Counted from the first letter of the whole stretch, positions 25,741 to 38,292 are shown. The stretch is DNA of 63,947 nucleotides, filler included, from Octopus bimaculoides (GCF_001194135.2; 5 parts of 4 records of this genome joined end to end with filler, not necessarily neighbours in it); one strand, 5' to 3'. Made by a program: numbers and translations. Notes: generated by a model not told the origin, from the letters alone.

Positions 25741-26447
25741 CTTCATCGCAGAAGTAAACTTCGGACTACCAAGTTCAAGGATGACGAGCTTGTATTTAAT
25801 AAATTTTTCTCATATAAAAGGAAACTTTGTATTGAATGGAGTGGTTAGGTTTTCCTTTCGATTCCTTTTGTATGTAGCAAATTTCTGTGTGAAATGGAGG
25901 GAAGCGCGGATGTGGGCAAGTGAGACGGGGTTGTATAAAAAAATAAATTTAAACCTAAATAAACCGTTTATTTTGATCATTAAAAACTTAAACTATATTG
26001 GTTAGCAGGCGATGATAGTTAACAATGGAGATAGAGAATGAGAAAGAGAGAGAGACAAAAGAGATAGGGAGCGAGAGAGATAGAGAGAGGGAGAGAGAAA
26101 GAGAGAAGGTGTGTATGTGAAAGAGGGGTTATGAGTGAGAAAGGAATAATTTGGTGTATGATACATAATTTTGTCCGTCATGGTGACATGCTAAAATGCA
26201 TATACTGAGTGCTCCGAGTACATCTACAAAGTGTATACACAGAATACGGCATGTATGAGTAATGGTGGTTGTGTGATTTGTTTGTGACTGAAGAATTTTA
26301 GGGTGTGTTATTGTTTTTGGATACGATGAATGTTACGTAGTAAAATAAGGCGGAGACAACTTCCTAGATTTTGAAGCTAATTAAAATGTTTTATGAAAAT
26401 ATGAGTGACGTGTAGGTGTTGAGAAGCTGAAATGGAAATTTGTTTAC

Positions 26448-26910
26448 TGGCAGAATCGTTACCAATCAAAATACTTTACGGCAGTGCTTCTCAAACTATC
26501 TGATGTGACGTACAGGCAGTTTTTTCCCCCCAATGTGCCAGAGACCAGTAATATTTTTTTAGTAATATTAATGTATATCGAAAACAATATATATATAATG
26601 AATATAATAAAAGTTGACCATTTTTTTTTTACCTATATTTATTTTGTAAACAAATAATGTAATATTACATAAGCATTTTATAATGTTTCTTTCTTTTCTG
26701 GAAACTCACCGCGTACCGGCAGCTGATGGTTCGCGGACCGGCACCGGTCCGCGGACCACAACTTCGAGTAGCACTGCTTTACGGTATTTCGTCCGTCCTT
26801 ACGTTCTGAGTTCAAAGTCCATCATAAAATAAGTACCAGTTAAGCATTGGAGTCATTGGAGTCGATTCCCCTCTCCCTCGAACTTGCCGGCCTTGCGCCT
26901 AAATTTGAAA
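26448..26910 (+). mobile_element. Family A SINE interrupted by a hAT MITE
   Basis: CTGGCAGAATCGTT...CTTTACGG before the MITE joins TATTTCGTCCGTCCTTACGTTCTGAGTTCAAAG after it, restoring the SINE head. Confidence 0.75.
26482..26776. mobile_element. hAT (Charlie/Buster-like) MITE with perfect 8-bp TSD
   Basis: TIRs CAGTGCTTCTCAAA / CAGTGCTACTCGAA (12/14). TSD CTTTACGG at 26474-26481 and 26777-26784. Confidence 0.92.
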
Positions 26911-27526
26911 CCATTATTCAATCTTGTTTTAAAAATGGCAATGTCATTTCTTTAACTAATTTCTGGGAAGATGGATTCCTTTAGTTTAAGGCTAAGCTTG
27001 TTACCTTATGAAACTGGGGTGGGTCACTCTTTGGGCTATAATAAAATTCCTGTAATTTATCGATTTATGTGTCACAAACTCCATTTTCTTTTTCGATTTA
27101 TATATTTAATAAGTTCTGTTTGCTACACTTTGCTATTATGTTTAATAATTTTTAAGCTAAAAAGTTCATAAAATAGCAATATTCGTTTTGATTAGTTTCT
27201 TTACTTTCTATATTTTATTACATTTAATTTCTATATTGGATAGCCACACTTATGTGATGATCTTTATTGGGCGTTTGGTGTTTATATTTGTGCTTTGCGT
27301 GTATTAACAGGCATTGACTTCAGGAACATATACCTTTTTCTGATAATATCTGAAAAGAAACAGCAATTTTAGCAAAACATTAAGCAACACTAATAATAAA
27401 TCAAAAGACATAACAATAAAGAAACTTTTGACGGTTTTATAGATATTTCAAAATTATGATGCTATGATGCTAGGTGTTTCCATTATTTTGTCCAACCTCT
27501 GTACATATACACACGCACACAATATT

Positions 27527-27574
<48 letters not shown>

Positions 27575-28768
27575 AATCATATATGTACGTATACATATTG
27601 TATATTATGTATATTCGTATTTATGCATTGCATGTATAAACCCGTTTAAGTATGCATGGACTAGAGAGTGTTGACAAGATTTTGACTAGTTGTGTATGCT
27701 CTCTTCGTACCACGTCGATTGGATTAACTATCGAGAAGGGATCTCTGCCAAGTCGATTTGTCTCGGTATACTATATGGAAATGAAACCTCTGCAACTGTC
27801 ATAGTGCCCAATATATTTCAACTTTTGAAAGCACGGCCAAATTCAGACTGATCTCTGGCCTCCACTGTGAACAACAATGCTTCTCCTTTGATCCCTAGAT
27901 TAACATTTTTTTTGCCTGTCCTTTGTATCACAAGTTAAACAAAGAACATATTTCCAAGTCTTCCAGGCATCTTATATAATACATATTCCCAGAATGTATG
28001 AAACAAGGGTTACCTAAAAGTCTGAAAACTAACATTGGCGTTTAGGACAAAATTACGAAAATGCTATGGATAGGCGAAGCTTTAAAACAATGCTAAATGA
28101 GAAGTAATCGATTAGAAAATTAGTTTCCTTGCAAGTCACACCCTCGGATAGAATTCCACAGCTGTTCCTTTTAAAAATTATATTCTGCTTTTTATTCATT
28201 GATTTTATTAATTTTTGTCATTTAAAAAAAAATTTAATTCATTAGGCATTATATGGAAATAACTTATTTATATAAGTGTAATTAACACAATAGGAAATAT
28301 GCAGTTTTTTCAACTCTTCTTATTCATACCTCCAACAAATTGCTGTCTAATGTAGATACTAATATAAATGTAATATAATATATATACTATAATATAAATA
28401 CTAATATACCGGCTACAAGAGTCACTACTGTAGATGCAATATGTTAAGGCTAAAACAACCCGGCTGAGCCTCTTCCTTGCTGAACTTACAAACCTGCACT
28501 GAGTTTTTAAAGCTCAGAGAAATAAGTGAAATTAAATGTCTCAATCGAGAACTGAAACTATATCGCCATTGACCAACTGGAATCCTACCGCTCCATATTA
28601 ACTCGTGGAATTTTCATCAATCACTTCTAAAGAAGTAGCCCTGTTGTTTGCCCTGTTGTTTGCCCATCCAGTTCACTTGCACAACATCTATAAATATGAG
28701 TTTATTAAATGTGTGTGTGTGAATCAACTCTGTATTCAAAATCACTTGAACTCAGAACCCTTGTAAAT

Positions 28769-28817
<49 letters not shown>

Positions 28818-28984
28818 TGCACACACACACATATGCACGTACGCGCGCGCAGTCATATATACCTACATGCATTTACATCAGGCACACAAACATTGACAAA
28901 CATATGCGCAAGCATTCGTAGGTGTGTGTGTGTATGTGCGTGCGTGTATATGTACGTATGTATGTATGTATGTATGTATGTATG

Positions 28985-29024
<40 letters not shown>

Positions 29025-29104
29025 TATGCGTGTGTGTATGTGTGCGCATATGTATGCATGNNNNNNNNNNNNNNNNNNNNNNNNNNNNNNNNNNNNNNNN
29101 NNNN

Positions 29105-29116
29105 TTAATTAATTAA
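29105..29116. other. Artificial assembly linker TTAATTAATTAA inside an N gap (also at 44895-44906, 60189-60200, 62545-62556)
   Basis: The identical 12-mer, with stops in all six frames, is centred in ~100-bp N blocks four times. Confidence 0.95.
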
Positions 29117-29160
29117 NNNNNNNNNNNNNNNNNNNNNNNNNNNNNNNNNNNNNNNNNNNN

Positions 29161-29203
<43 letters not shown>

Positions 29204-29301
29204 GTTTGTGTGTATGTGTGTGTAAACATATATGTATGTAAATATGTATGTATTCATGTATATATGTATGTAATATGTTATATATTCGTTTCTTTTAACA
29301 G

Positions 29302-29938
29302 GTACTACCTGGCCGGCAAACTAGATCTGACAGAAGTCCAGGTGAAGGTCTGGTTCCAGAATCGACGAATCAAAATGCGGAAGCAGCAACAGGAGGCAAT
29401 GAAAGCTCATTACACACAATGCCGTTTCATGGCGGAGACAGACAGCGAAGAGGAAGACGAGGAGGCTGATGAGGAAGACGTGGAGGAGGAAGACGAGGAT
29501 GAAAGGGAAGGGGGAAGGGTTGCAGAGGGGGAAGAGGAGAGGCAAGTGGAGGATCAGAGAATAGGGGAGTCGGGCGAGAGAGGTGATAGAGTTAACCGTA
29601 TTCACAGCAACAGTAACAGCAGCAATAGTAGTAGTAGTAGCAGTAGTAATAGTAGTGGTGGTGGTAGTTGTAACAATAGCAACAACAACAACAACAACAA
29701 CATCTATAATGGTAGCAACAACAACAACATCTATAATGGTAGCAACAAAACCAACATCAACTCCAGTTTTAGTAGTTGTAGTAGTAGTAGTAGTAGTAGT
29801 AATAGTAGTTATAACAGCGACAACAGAGTCGTCAATCTCAACAACAGTAATAGCAACATCAGAAACGGCAACGTCATAAAAAATAGCAACGACAGTATGT
29901 ATACCAATAGCAACAACAATAACAACAGAAGGTTATGA
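29302..29938 (+). CDS. Noto: Terminal coding exon of an ANTP-class NKL homeobox gene, most similar to Not/Noto (helix 2-3 of the homeodomain plus acidic and Ser/Asn-rich tail)
   Basis: A pyrimidine-rich acceptor (tttcttttaacag) precedes (R)YYLAGKLDLTEVQVKVWFQNRRIKMRKQQQE. RRIKxRKQ and RxYLA best fit Not/Noto (RRIKWRK). The frame is open to TGA at 29936-29938 and AATAAA lies at 29991. The exon call is strong; the family assignment is moderate because only half the homeodomain is visible. Confidence 0.8.
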
Positions 29939-30296
29939 GGATTTATTTGGTGCGATCTGGTTCTTGTGTAGAAGCGAAATATGATGCGTGAATAAACTGG
30001 AAGGGGAATGGTTAAAACTATATCAATGCGATTAGCAACAATAGCAAACGACAGTAACAATAGCAACAATAGAATGCGTTTGCAACGAAAATAAGAGCAG
30101 CTGCAACAATAAACAACAGCAACAACAATAACAGTTGGAACGATAGTAGCAAGTACAGCAATTGCAACGACAGGAATAACTATAGCACGAATAGCAACGT
30201 CAAACAAAAGTAACTATACCGGCAAAGAATATCAGTTGTAAGGACAACGAGAAGAAGAAGAAGAAGAAGAAGAAGAAGAAGAAGAAGAAGAAGAAG

Positions 30297-30360
<64 letters not shown>

Positions 30361-30445
30361 GCAATAGTGACTACAATAACAGCGATTAGGACATCTACAA
30401 TAGCAACGACAGTGGTGGCAACTAGGACAACAGTAGCAACAACGG

Positions 30446-30608
30446 CAGCGCAACCTGTGGTCCGCGGACCCCTGATTGGTCCCGCAAAGTTAGTACTGGA
30501 GGTCCGTGAACATATTAAGCTGACAGACCTTGCAACGTCCTGGGGTCCGTGAGAAAACTCGTCTAAATTAAAAGGGGTCCTTGGTAGTGACAAGGTTGGT
30601 AACCACTG
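30446..30608. mobile_element. hAT (Charlie-like) MITE just downstream of the homeobox stop codon
   Basis: Right TIR rc CAGTGGTTACCAACCTT; left end CAGCG-CAACCTGTGGTCCGCGGACCCC with a small deletion. Flanking 8-mers AACAACGG / AACTACGG (7/8). Confidence 0.75.
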
Positions 30609-30628
30609 AACTACGGTAATGAGAATAG

Positions 30629-30662
<34 letters not shown>

Positions 30663-32254
30663 ACAACAATTATAAGTAACAAGAATAATAACTACAACTA
30701 CAACACACCATATATAGTAACAATATGATCCATTGAAAGAGCCTATACGTGGTCGCTCGACATGCTAGAAACAGCAGCTAGAAATTGCCCTCAAGTAACA
30801 CCCTACCTGTCTTTAAAAAATATAAGGAAGAACAAATGGGATTATGGAGTTCTAGATACAGGTCACGTTCTAGATGGAATGGTCACGACTGGAAAGCTTT
30901 TCATCATATGTCTGCTAGAGCATAGTTAGACTGAACAACAACACTTGCGTCATAAGTACAAGGGAACTCCTCTATGCGGGAGTCGCTCAGCTAGTAATAG
31001 CAGCCAAATCTCCCTTAAATCAAACCATATCATTTTAAAAGAACATTGGGTAATGCAGTAAAAATGTATTAAGGTGGGATGTTCAAGGTTGGAATGCTTT
31101 AAATCATAGATTTGTTCTGTCAGGTCTGACCTGTGGTTAAATAACATCATAATGCGCTCCATAACACATTGTACATCACAACAGCAATGCAAGTACTATG
31201 GGCGACCGGAAGTTGTAACGGACTAGTATCGAAAGATCGCCATACTATGTAATACAGGCTGTTGTTGTTGGTGGTGGAGGTGGTTCTCCGTCGTTCGACG
31301 ATGTGGATTGAGTTGTTCAATCAACTGAATTACCTGCACCTGAATTAATGTGTAAGTGGCTGAGTATTCCACAGACAAGCGTGCCCTTAATGTAATTCTC
31401 AAACAGAGTCAGAATGACAGTGACAAAGCTGAGCCGTTTGAATTACAGGTAAAAATCTATCTGACGAGCCTCTACACAGTTTCCATCTATTCAGTTTTAC
31501 TCACGTGGTATAGGCCGACTAGAGCCTGTAGAAAACGACGCTTGCACAGAACGTCACGCAAGAACGAAGCCGGAAGTAAGTGGTCGCGAAGCGAGTTTCG
31601 TTAGCATTCGTCCATATTGCGCCCACACAAAGAAGTAAAAGGAAGAAAAAAAAGCAATGGTACCGTCATTTATACGTCAGCATAATTGTAATACAGAAAC
31701 CACACGACATAACGGTGCCACCACAAGGCAACGTAACTGAGGGCGAAGCACGAACAACCAGAAATGCTACACATGACAAAAGCACAAATCAAGTCAAGAT
31801 AACAATAAACCGTGAACCTAACTTTAAAACTGCACTATACAACACAATGTCTCACAGTCAACAGAGTACAGTAAATAATTCTTTCTAATTCTGGCACAAA
31901 GCTAGCAATTTTGAAATGAGGTGAGATTCAAGATCGGCGAAATTTGAATTCAGGATGTAAAGAGCCAGAGAAAATACGGCTAAGCATTTTTCCGGTGTGC
32001 TGTAACGATTTTGCCAGCTCGCCGCTTTAGCTTAGAAAACAATTATTTCTACTGTAAGCATAAGGCCTAAAATTTTTGGCGGGAGGAGGACCCAGTGCTC
32101 GACTGGTAGTCATTTTATCGATGCCGAAAGGATGAAAAGCAAAGCCGACCACGCAAAATTTGAACACAGAATGAATATTTTGCCGCTTAGCACTTTGTTC
32201 GGCGCGATAGCAGTTTTGCTAGCTCGCTGTCTTAAGTACAGTGAATAATGGTTT

Positions 32255-32462
32255 AGAATTTTGGCACAAGGCTAGCAAATTTAGGGGAGGGGATAAGTCG
32301 ATTACATCGACCCCAGTATTCTACTGGAACTTATATCATCGACCCCTGAAGGGATGAAAGGCAAAGTCGTCCTCAGCGGAATTTGAACTCAGAACGTAAA
32401 GACGGACGAATTGCCGCTAAGCATATTGCCCGACCTGCTAACGATCTTGCCAGCTCGCTGCC
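32255..32462 (-). mobile_element. Family A SINE, with further decayed copies at about 31885-32230
   Basis: Reverse complement of the family A consensus seen elsewhere in the window. Confidence 0.75.
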
Positions 32463-34141
32463 TCAAGTACAGTAAATAATAAAATGGAACTCCGTCGGTT
32501 TTGAAGATAGGTGTTCCACTTGTTCGATCGATCAACTAAACTGCCTACTTACTGAATCATATCGTAAGTGGCTGGGTATTCCACAGACACTTCTTTCTAT
32601 CCTTAAGGCAATCCTCGGGCAGAATCAGTGTGATTACACGAGGTGTGACAAGGCTGGACGCTTGAATTACTAGTACTCCCCAATGGATGGACGCGTCCAC
32701 AGTTTTCATCTACCCAGATATCACTTGGATCGAGCTGAAGCAATGATAAAAGACACTTGTTAAGGTGTCATAGTATGGGATCGAACACCAGTCCTCATGG
32801 CTTCAAAGCGGACTTCTTAACCATTTGACCATTCCTGTATCCAATGCAATACACTATAATCAATATCGCATAATATCAGTCATTATAAAAACTAAACTGT
32901 GAAACCATTAAGTTGGCTCTGCATCTCACAAACGTAAAATTTTCATATTAAGACATTAAAAAAAAACTGTTTCTTTTCTAACCTACCAGGCCTAAAATTG
33001 CAATTAAATCCTGGAAGGAAATTAATGGAAAGATAATTTCAAAGCCTGCATTTGGTAATATGACATTGCTACAACACAATATAATGATACAAGCAACAGA
33101 AAAGAGTCGAACTTCACACTACACATTACAGAACAATGCAGTCTTGAATCATTCTTTTTAGCGTTAGACACACAGATCAGATAATAAGATCAAATGTTAA
33201 TACTTTTATATAAGGAGGTCTCACCTTTACAGACTGTGGAATTAACCGTTGCGGGGACAACCACATACATCAAAATGATAATTGTTTAAGCATCAGTAAC
33301 TAATTTATGAACATCTGTCAAATGAGTTTACAATGACTGGAACAGAATATAAATTTTAATATTCTTTTAAAAAAGACATAAATAAAAATAAAGAAACAAA
33401 AAACTTTAAAAATAATAAAAAAAAAACTGAAGATACTAATTAATTTTGTATTTCATTGTTTTGTGTTGTGTTGGGTTTTTTCTCAACTTTTTAGGTTTAC
33501 ATCAAGCGGCAACCCCACAAAGAATTAAATGATATTTGTATTAATACCCTTTATAACGTTTACATAGTGTTATATGTGTGTAGTAAGTAGTCTTTGTAAG
33601 ATATTCGGAAATTGTTTTGTTCATTTTAGCTTTGCTCCGGATAATTGTACTGGTTAGTAAGTGAAATGTAAGTATTTGTAGATAATGGTTTAAAAATTCA
33701 CTGATTAAATGGTTTATGACGTCAAGCGACACCAGCAAAATTCTGGCGTTTATGATGTCATAATTTTGTAGCGCGTAAGAAAAACCTGCATTGAACAGTT
33801 CGTTAAAATGAATTTTGATGTGATATATATGAATGATGGTTATTTAGTTTGTAAAAACAAGTTTCTGAACAAACGAACATTTTTTTCCAGTCCATATTAG
33901 CCTTTTGCTTGTCCATGGGATACACTGGTCATATTCCTATGGGATAAACTGGACACATTTCTCTGGCGTCAATGCATCGTGTAGGAAATACGTTCACAAT
34001 ATTTTTCAACCACAAGAGTAACGTATGAAACAAGCTTTTCAGACTAAAAGTCTGAAAACAAGCATCAACATTTAGGATTCACTTATGAAAATGCTTTGGA
34101 GAGGTTAAGGGTTATCTCTTTGACTGTATGACTTAAAACTA

Positions 34142-34293
34142 CAGGGTGTCCACAAAGTCTGGATACATGGGTATTAACACATACTTTAAGAAATTATTAT
34201 TTTTTATATTTAATTTATGTTATGTTATTTACGTAATTTAGTTTATGTTATGATTTTATTTACTCCATGTACCCAGACCTTGTGGACACCCTG
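34142..34293. mobile_element. Tc1/mariner-type MITE, 152 bp, TA TSD
   Basis: 29-bp TIR CAGGGTGTCCACAAAGTCTGGATACATGG vs CAGGGTGTCCACAAGGTCTGGGTACATGG (27/29), with TA on both sides. Confidence 0.93.
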
Positions 34294-34701
34294 TAATATT
34301 CTTGTTATTTTTAAAATTAGTCTTTATCATTGAATTCACAGTCATGCTGGAACACCGCCTTCGAGAGTATTATTCCATTATATCGTTGTCTGGTATTTTA
34401 TTTTAGCGACTTCGGAAAAAGGACGAAACGTAAAGTCAACGACGACCGATACGTATCAAAAATACAAGTTTTCATTCGATGCACCGATATCTTGCCTTCT
34501 CATGTCCTGATTTCTCACCTCACACACACGTATGGATCGGGAAACTTTACGCCTAAACTCTGGAGCAATTTTAATAGNNNNNNNNNNNNNNNNNNNNNNN
34601 NNNNNNNNNNNNNNNNNNNNNNNNNNNNNNNNNNNNNNNNNNNNNNNNNNNNNNNNNNNNNNNNNNNNNNNNNNNNNNNNNNNNNNNNNNNNNNNNNNNN
34701 N

Positions 34702-35063
34702 NCCGTCGCTTACGACGTCGAGAGTTCCAGTTGATCCGATCAACGGAACAGCCTGCTCGTGAAATCAACGTGCAAGTGGCTGAGCACTCCACAGACACGT
34801 GTACCTTTAACGTAGTTCTCGGGGATATTCAGCGTGACACAGTGTGACAAGGCTGACCCTTTGAATTACAGGCACAACAGAAACAGGAAGTAAGAGTGAG
34901 AGGAAATTTTGGTGAAAGAGTACAGCAGGGTTCGCCACCATCCCCTGCCGGAGCCTCGTGGTGTTTTCGCTCAATAAACACTCACAACGCCCGGTCTGGG
35001 AATCGAAACCGCGATCCTATGACCGCAAGTCCGCTGCCCTAACCACTGAGCCATTGCGCCTCC
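34702..35063 (-). mobile_element. tRNA-derived SINE, family C
   Basis: Minus-strand head GGAGGCGCAATGGCTCAGTGGTTAGGGCAGCGGAC...GGTTTCGATTCCC with A and B boxes. Near-identical to 43057-43444; a head-only copy lies at about 38868-38936. Confidence 0.85.
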
Positions 35064-35895
35064 TCTATTTAAATATATATTTAAATGTACTCGCATTCAG
35101 CTAATAATCTTTTATCGGTTCTAATCAAGAAGAGCTATAGTCAAAGACAATCCATTTGTGACCATCCAATAGTTTTCCAGACGTAGAGAACTACGTTATC
35201 GAATGTACTCTCTTTTCTAAGATGTGGGTGTAATATGGTTCCAGATCGTGATACAAGGTCCAGCAACTTTTGAGAGAAGGAGTAAGTCGATTCCAGTGTT
35301 CAAATAATAATTTCTTTCATCGACTACAAAAGGATAGCAAACAAAGGAGTGACTGTGTGGTAAGTAGCTTGCTTACCAGCCACATGGTTCCGGGTTCAGT
35401 CCCACTGCGTGGCGCCTTGGGCAAGCTTGATCTCCCTTTTCATCATCGTCTGCCTCCTCCTCCTCCTTATCTTCCTGGATCCGCTTCATCATCACCTTCC
35501 TCCTCATCTTCGTCCTCCTCCTCCTCCTCCTCCTCCTCCTCNNNNNNNNNNNNNNNNCTGTCTCCGCCCCTCCTCTTCTGCCCCTTCCCTTCCGCCTCTC
35601 CTCTCCTTCTGCCTTTCCTCCTCTTCTGCCTCCTCTCATCTCTCCTTTTAACCTATAAAAAAAAATGGGTGAAGTCACAATATCCTTAGGGAAAAGTATG
35701 GAAATCACAGATGTCTTTTAATACACTTTTCTAAACTGATCCCTAACTGGAGAATGCTATGAGGAAACAGGAAAGCACAAAGTCATATACAAGAGCCAAC
35801 GAGAGGACCTCTATGTGTTCACTTGATCCGCGAGATATGGCTACCGATTTTCCCTCAAATCACATCACAGCATCTTCAAATAAGACACGTTGGAT

Positions 35896-36105
35896 AATCT
35901 GGTTTCAGTCATTTGACTGTGGCCATGCTGGAACACCGACTTTAGTCGAGCAAATCGACCCCAGGACTTATTCTTTGTAAGCCTAGTACTTATTCTATCG
36001 GTCTCTTTTTGCCGAACCGCTAAGTTACGGGGACGTAAACACACTACCATCGGTTGTCAAGCGATGCTGGGAGGACAAACACAGACACACAAACATATAC
36101 ACACG

Positions 36106-36159
<54 letters not shown>

Positions 36160-36316
36160 TACGACGGGCTTCTTTCAGTTTCCGTCTACCAAATCCACTC
36201 ACAAGGCTTTGGTCGGCCCGAGGCTATAGTAGAAGACACTTGCCCAAGGTGCCACGCAGTGGGACTGAACCCGGAACCATGTGGCTGGTAAGCAAGCTAC
36301 TTACCACACAGCCACT
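35896..36316 (-). mobile_element. tRNA-derived SINE, family B
   Basis: Full head (TGGCTGTGTGGTAAG...GGTTCAGTCCC), core, internal microsatellite and tail. Partial copies at about 21885-22045, 35346-35428, 47843-47995 and 57947-58072. Confidence 0.85.
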
Positions 36317-38052
36317 CTTAAGATTTAAATTTGTTTCAGAAGTAATATCAAGACATGGAATGTGTGTTGACCATTTCACTTTGGCAGTAAGTAAATCAGA
36401 ACTTTTAGTTCTTGCAGTTTGTTATGTACCGCCATCTGCACCACCTGTTGCGTCTCGGTATTTCTAACTCCCACCACAATCCTATGCGTCACTGGAGCGC
36501 CACCAACAACTATCACAGTTCAACGCGACCACACATCGTCAGTGCACTCAACGATGTTCATCTCCTCATCACACACCGCCGCGCAACCAACACCTCCAAT
36601 ACCATCATAACCATAATTGATACCAACATCAGCACCCCTACACACATACACACTCACCCACCCACACATCTACCCCATTATCACCACTACCACCACCATC
36701 ACTCCACCACAACTATCATCGCCACCCGACCACCTCCATCATCCCTATCGCCATCCGACCACTTCCATCAGCCCCTGTCCACCTCCATTGCCACCCGGCC
36801 ACAACCATACCATCACCGCTATTATCACCACAGCCACCACAACCACCACAATGACAACAACCGCCATAATACCATCATTACCACCACTACCGCAACCACC
36901 ACCACTGCTACGACTGCCACGCCTTCAGCGCCACCAAGACCAACACTACCATCATCACCACTATCACAACTACAACCACTACCACCATTAATACCGCCAT
37001 CACCACCATCATCGTCACTAACACCACTATTACAATCACCACCACCACCACCACCACCGCCACCACCAAAACTACCACCGCGCCATCACTAGTACCATCA
37101 GCATCACCAGCACCACCACCACTACTATCACTACCACTGCCGCTACACCTCCACCACCGCTATCGCCACCGCCGTCGCCACTACAGTCGCCACCGCCGTC
37201 TCCATGACAGCCACTGTCACAGCCGCTACCACTTAATGTAATTCCTTAAAGAGAAACGCCAAGACACCTGGAAGGTATTAAAAGCAATGAAGAAAAAAAG
37301 AAGATAAAAAAAGCAGACCAAATAATACAAAAACAAGAAGGAAAAAAACGAAAAAGAAAACTAACAAAAGAAAAGTTAACATATATTTTCTATAATCTTC
37401 AACATTAACAACTACAACAACTACACGTCCACCACCACCACTTACAACAATAACAACAACAACGAAAACAACAGCCACGACCTCCACGACAACAAAGGCA
37501 ATCCCAACATTAAGGACAGTAGCAATAATCAACCGACTCGTTCAAGGGAAGTAAACAGTGATCAAAAAAGGGAAAGTTGGTCTGTTTGTTGATCTGTCTG
37601 TCTGTTTGTCTGACTGTCTGTCAGTTGGTCTTCGACATTGTTTTTTTATATTTTTTTTTGTTACTGTCGTCTTATTTTGTTTTTGTTATTTTCGCTTTTG
37701 CTTTTTTTATGATTTATTTAATTGTTATTTACTTATTTGTTGTCGTTGTTGTTGCGGCTGTTTTGTTTTTGTCTTTGTCTTTGCGTCTCGTTTTTATTTA
37801 TTTATTTTTCTTCCTTGTTACTATGGTTAAGCTATTTATAATCGCAACAGGCCACATCAAAGTTCCAAATCTTCTTGAAGTGGAATAAAACTTTCCCTGA
37901 CTTTGTGTGCCAATGCGCATGTGATTTCGTATAGTACATATGTATGTATTTCTGTATTTCTGTCTGTCTGTCTGTATGTATGTATGTATGTATGTATGTA
38001 GATAAGTATGTATGTATATGTGCAAATTTGTATGTTTTGCTATATTCATGTA

Positions 38053-38261
38053 TTCTCATGCATATAGTTGCATATCTAGACATGCTCATATATATTTAAA
38101 TGACAAACTTCTGGAACGTTTTACAGATTTTTATACAGTTCCAGTGGTGGATCGGATCTGTAGTCATCGAATTAACTTTTACCTTTCTGGTTTTGAGAAG
38201 CCTAATTTCTCAAGATTGGTATTTACAGGTATAAACCTAAACTTGTAATCTGGATAGAGTA
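38053..38261 (-). mobile_element. (TACA)n-associated RLE LINE, 3' end
   Basis: LYPDYKFRFIPV/NTNLEKLGFSKPER...GTV/KICKTFQKFVI* plus a 3' UTR (GAGCATGTCTAGATATGCAACTATATGCATGAGAA) identical to that at about 49563-49597. Confidence 0.85.
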
Positions 38262-38292
38262 TCTACATACATACATACATACATACATACAT

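Noticed and set aside
29105-29116. Recurrent palindromic TTAATTAATTAA as a biological motif
   Set aside because: It occurs only centred in N blocks, so it is a six-frame-stop assembly linker.
29302-29400. Assignment of the homeobox exon to Hox, Emx, Vax, Hlx or Dbx
   Set aside because: Those families typically have RRMK or RRTK after WFQN; RRIK.RKQ with RxYLA fits Not/Noto better.
31490-31620. CpG-rich promoter-like patch with CCGGAAGT (ETS-like) and TCGCGA
   Set aside because: It aligns by eye to the reverse complement of the family B SINE head, so it is explained as a decayed SINE.
36412-37092. 226-aa His/Thr/Pro-rich ORF
   Set aside because: It is a degenerate (CAC/CCA)n tract open in several frames, with no splice signals or domain I can recognise.
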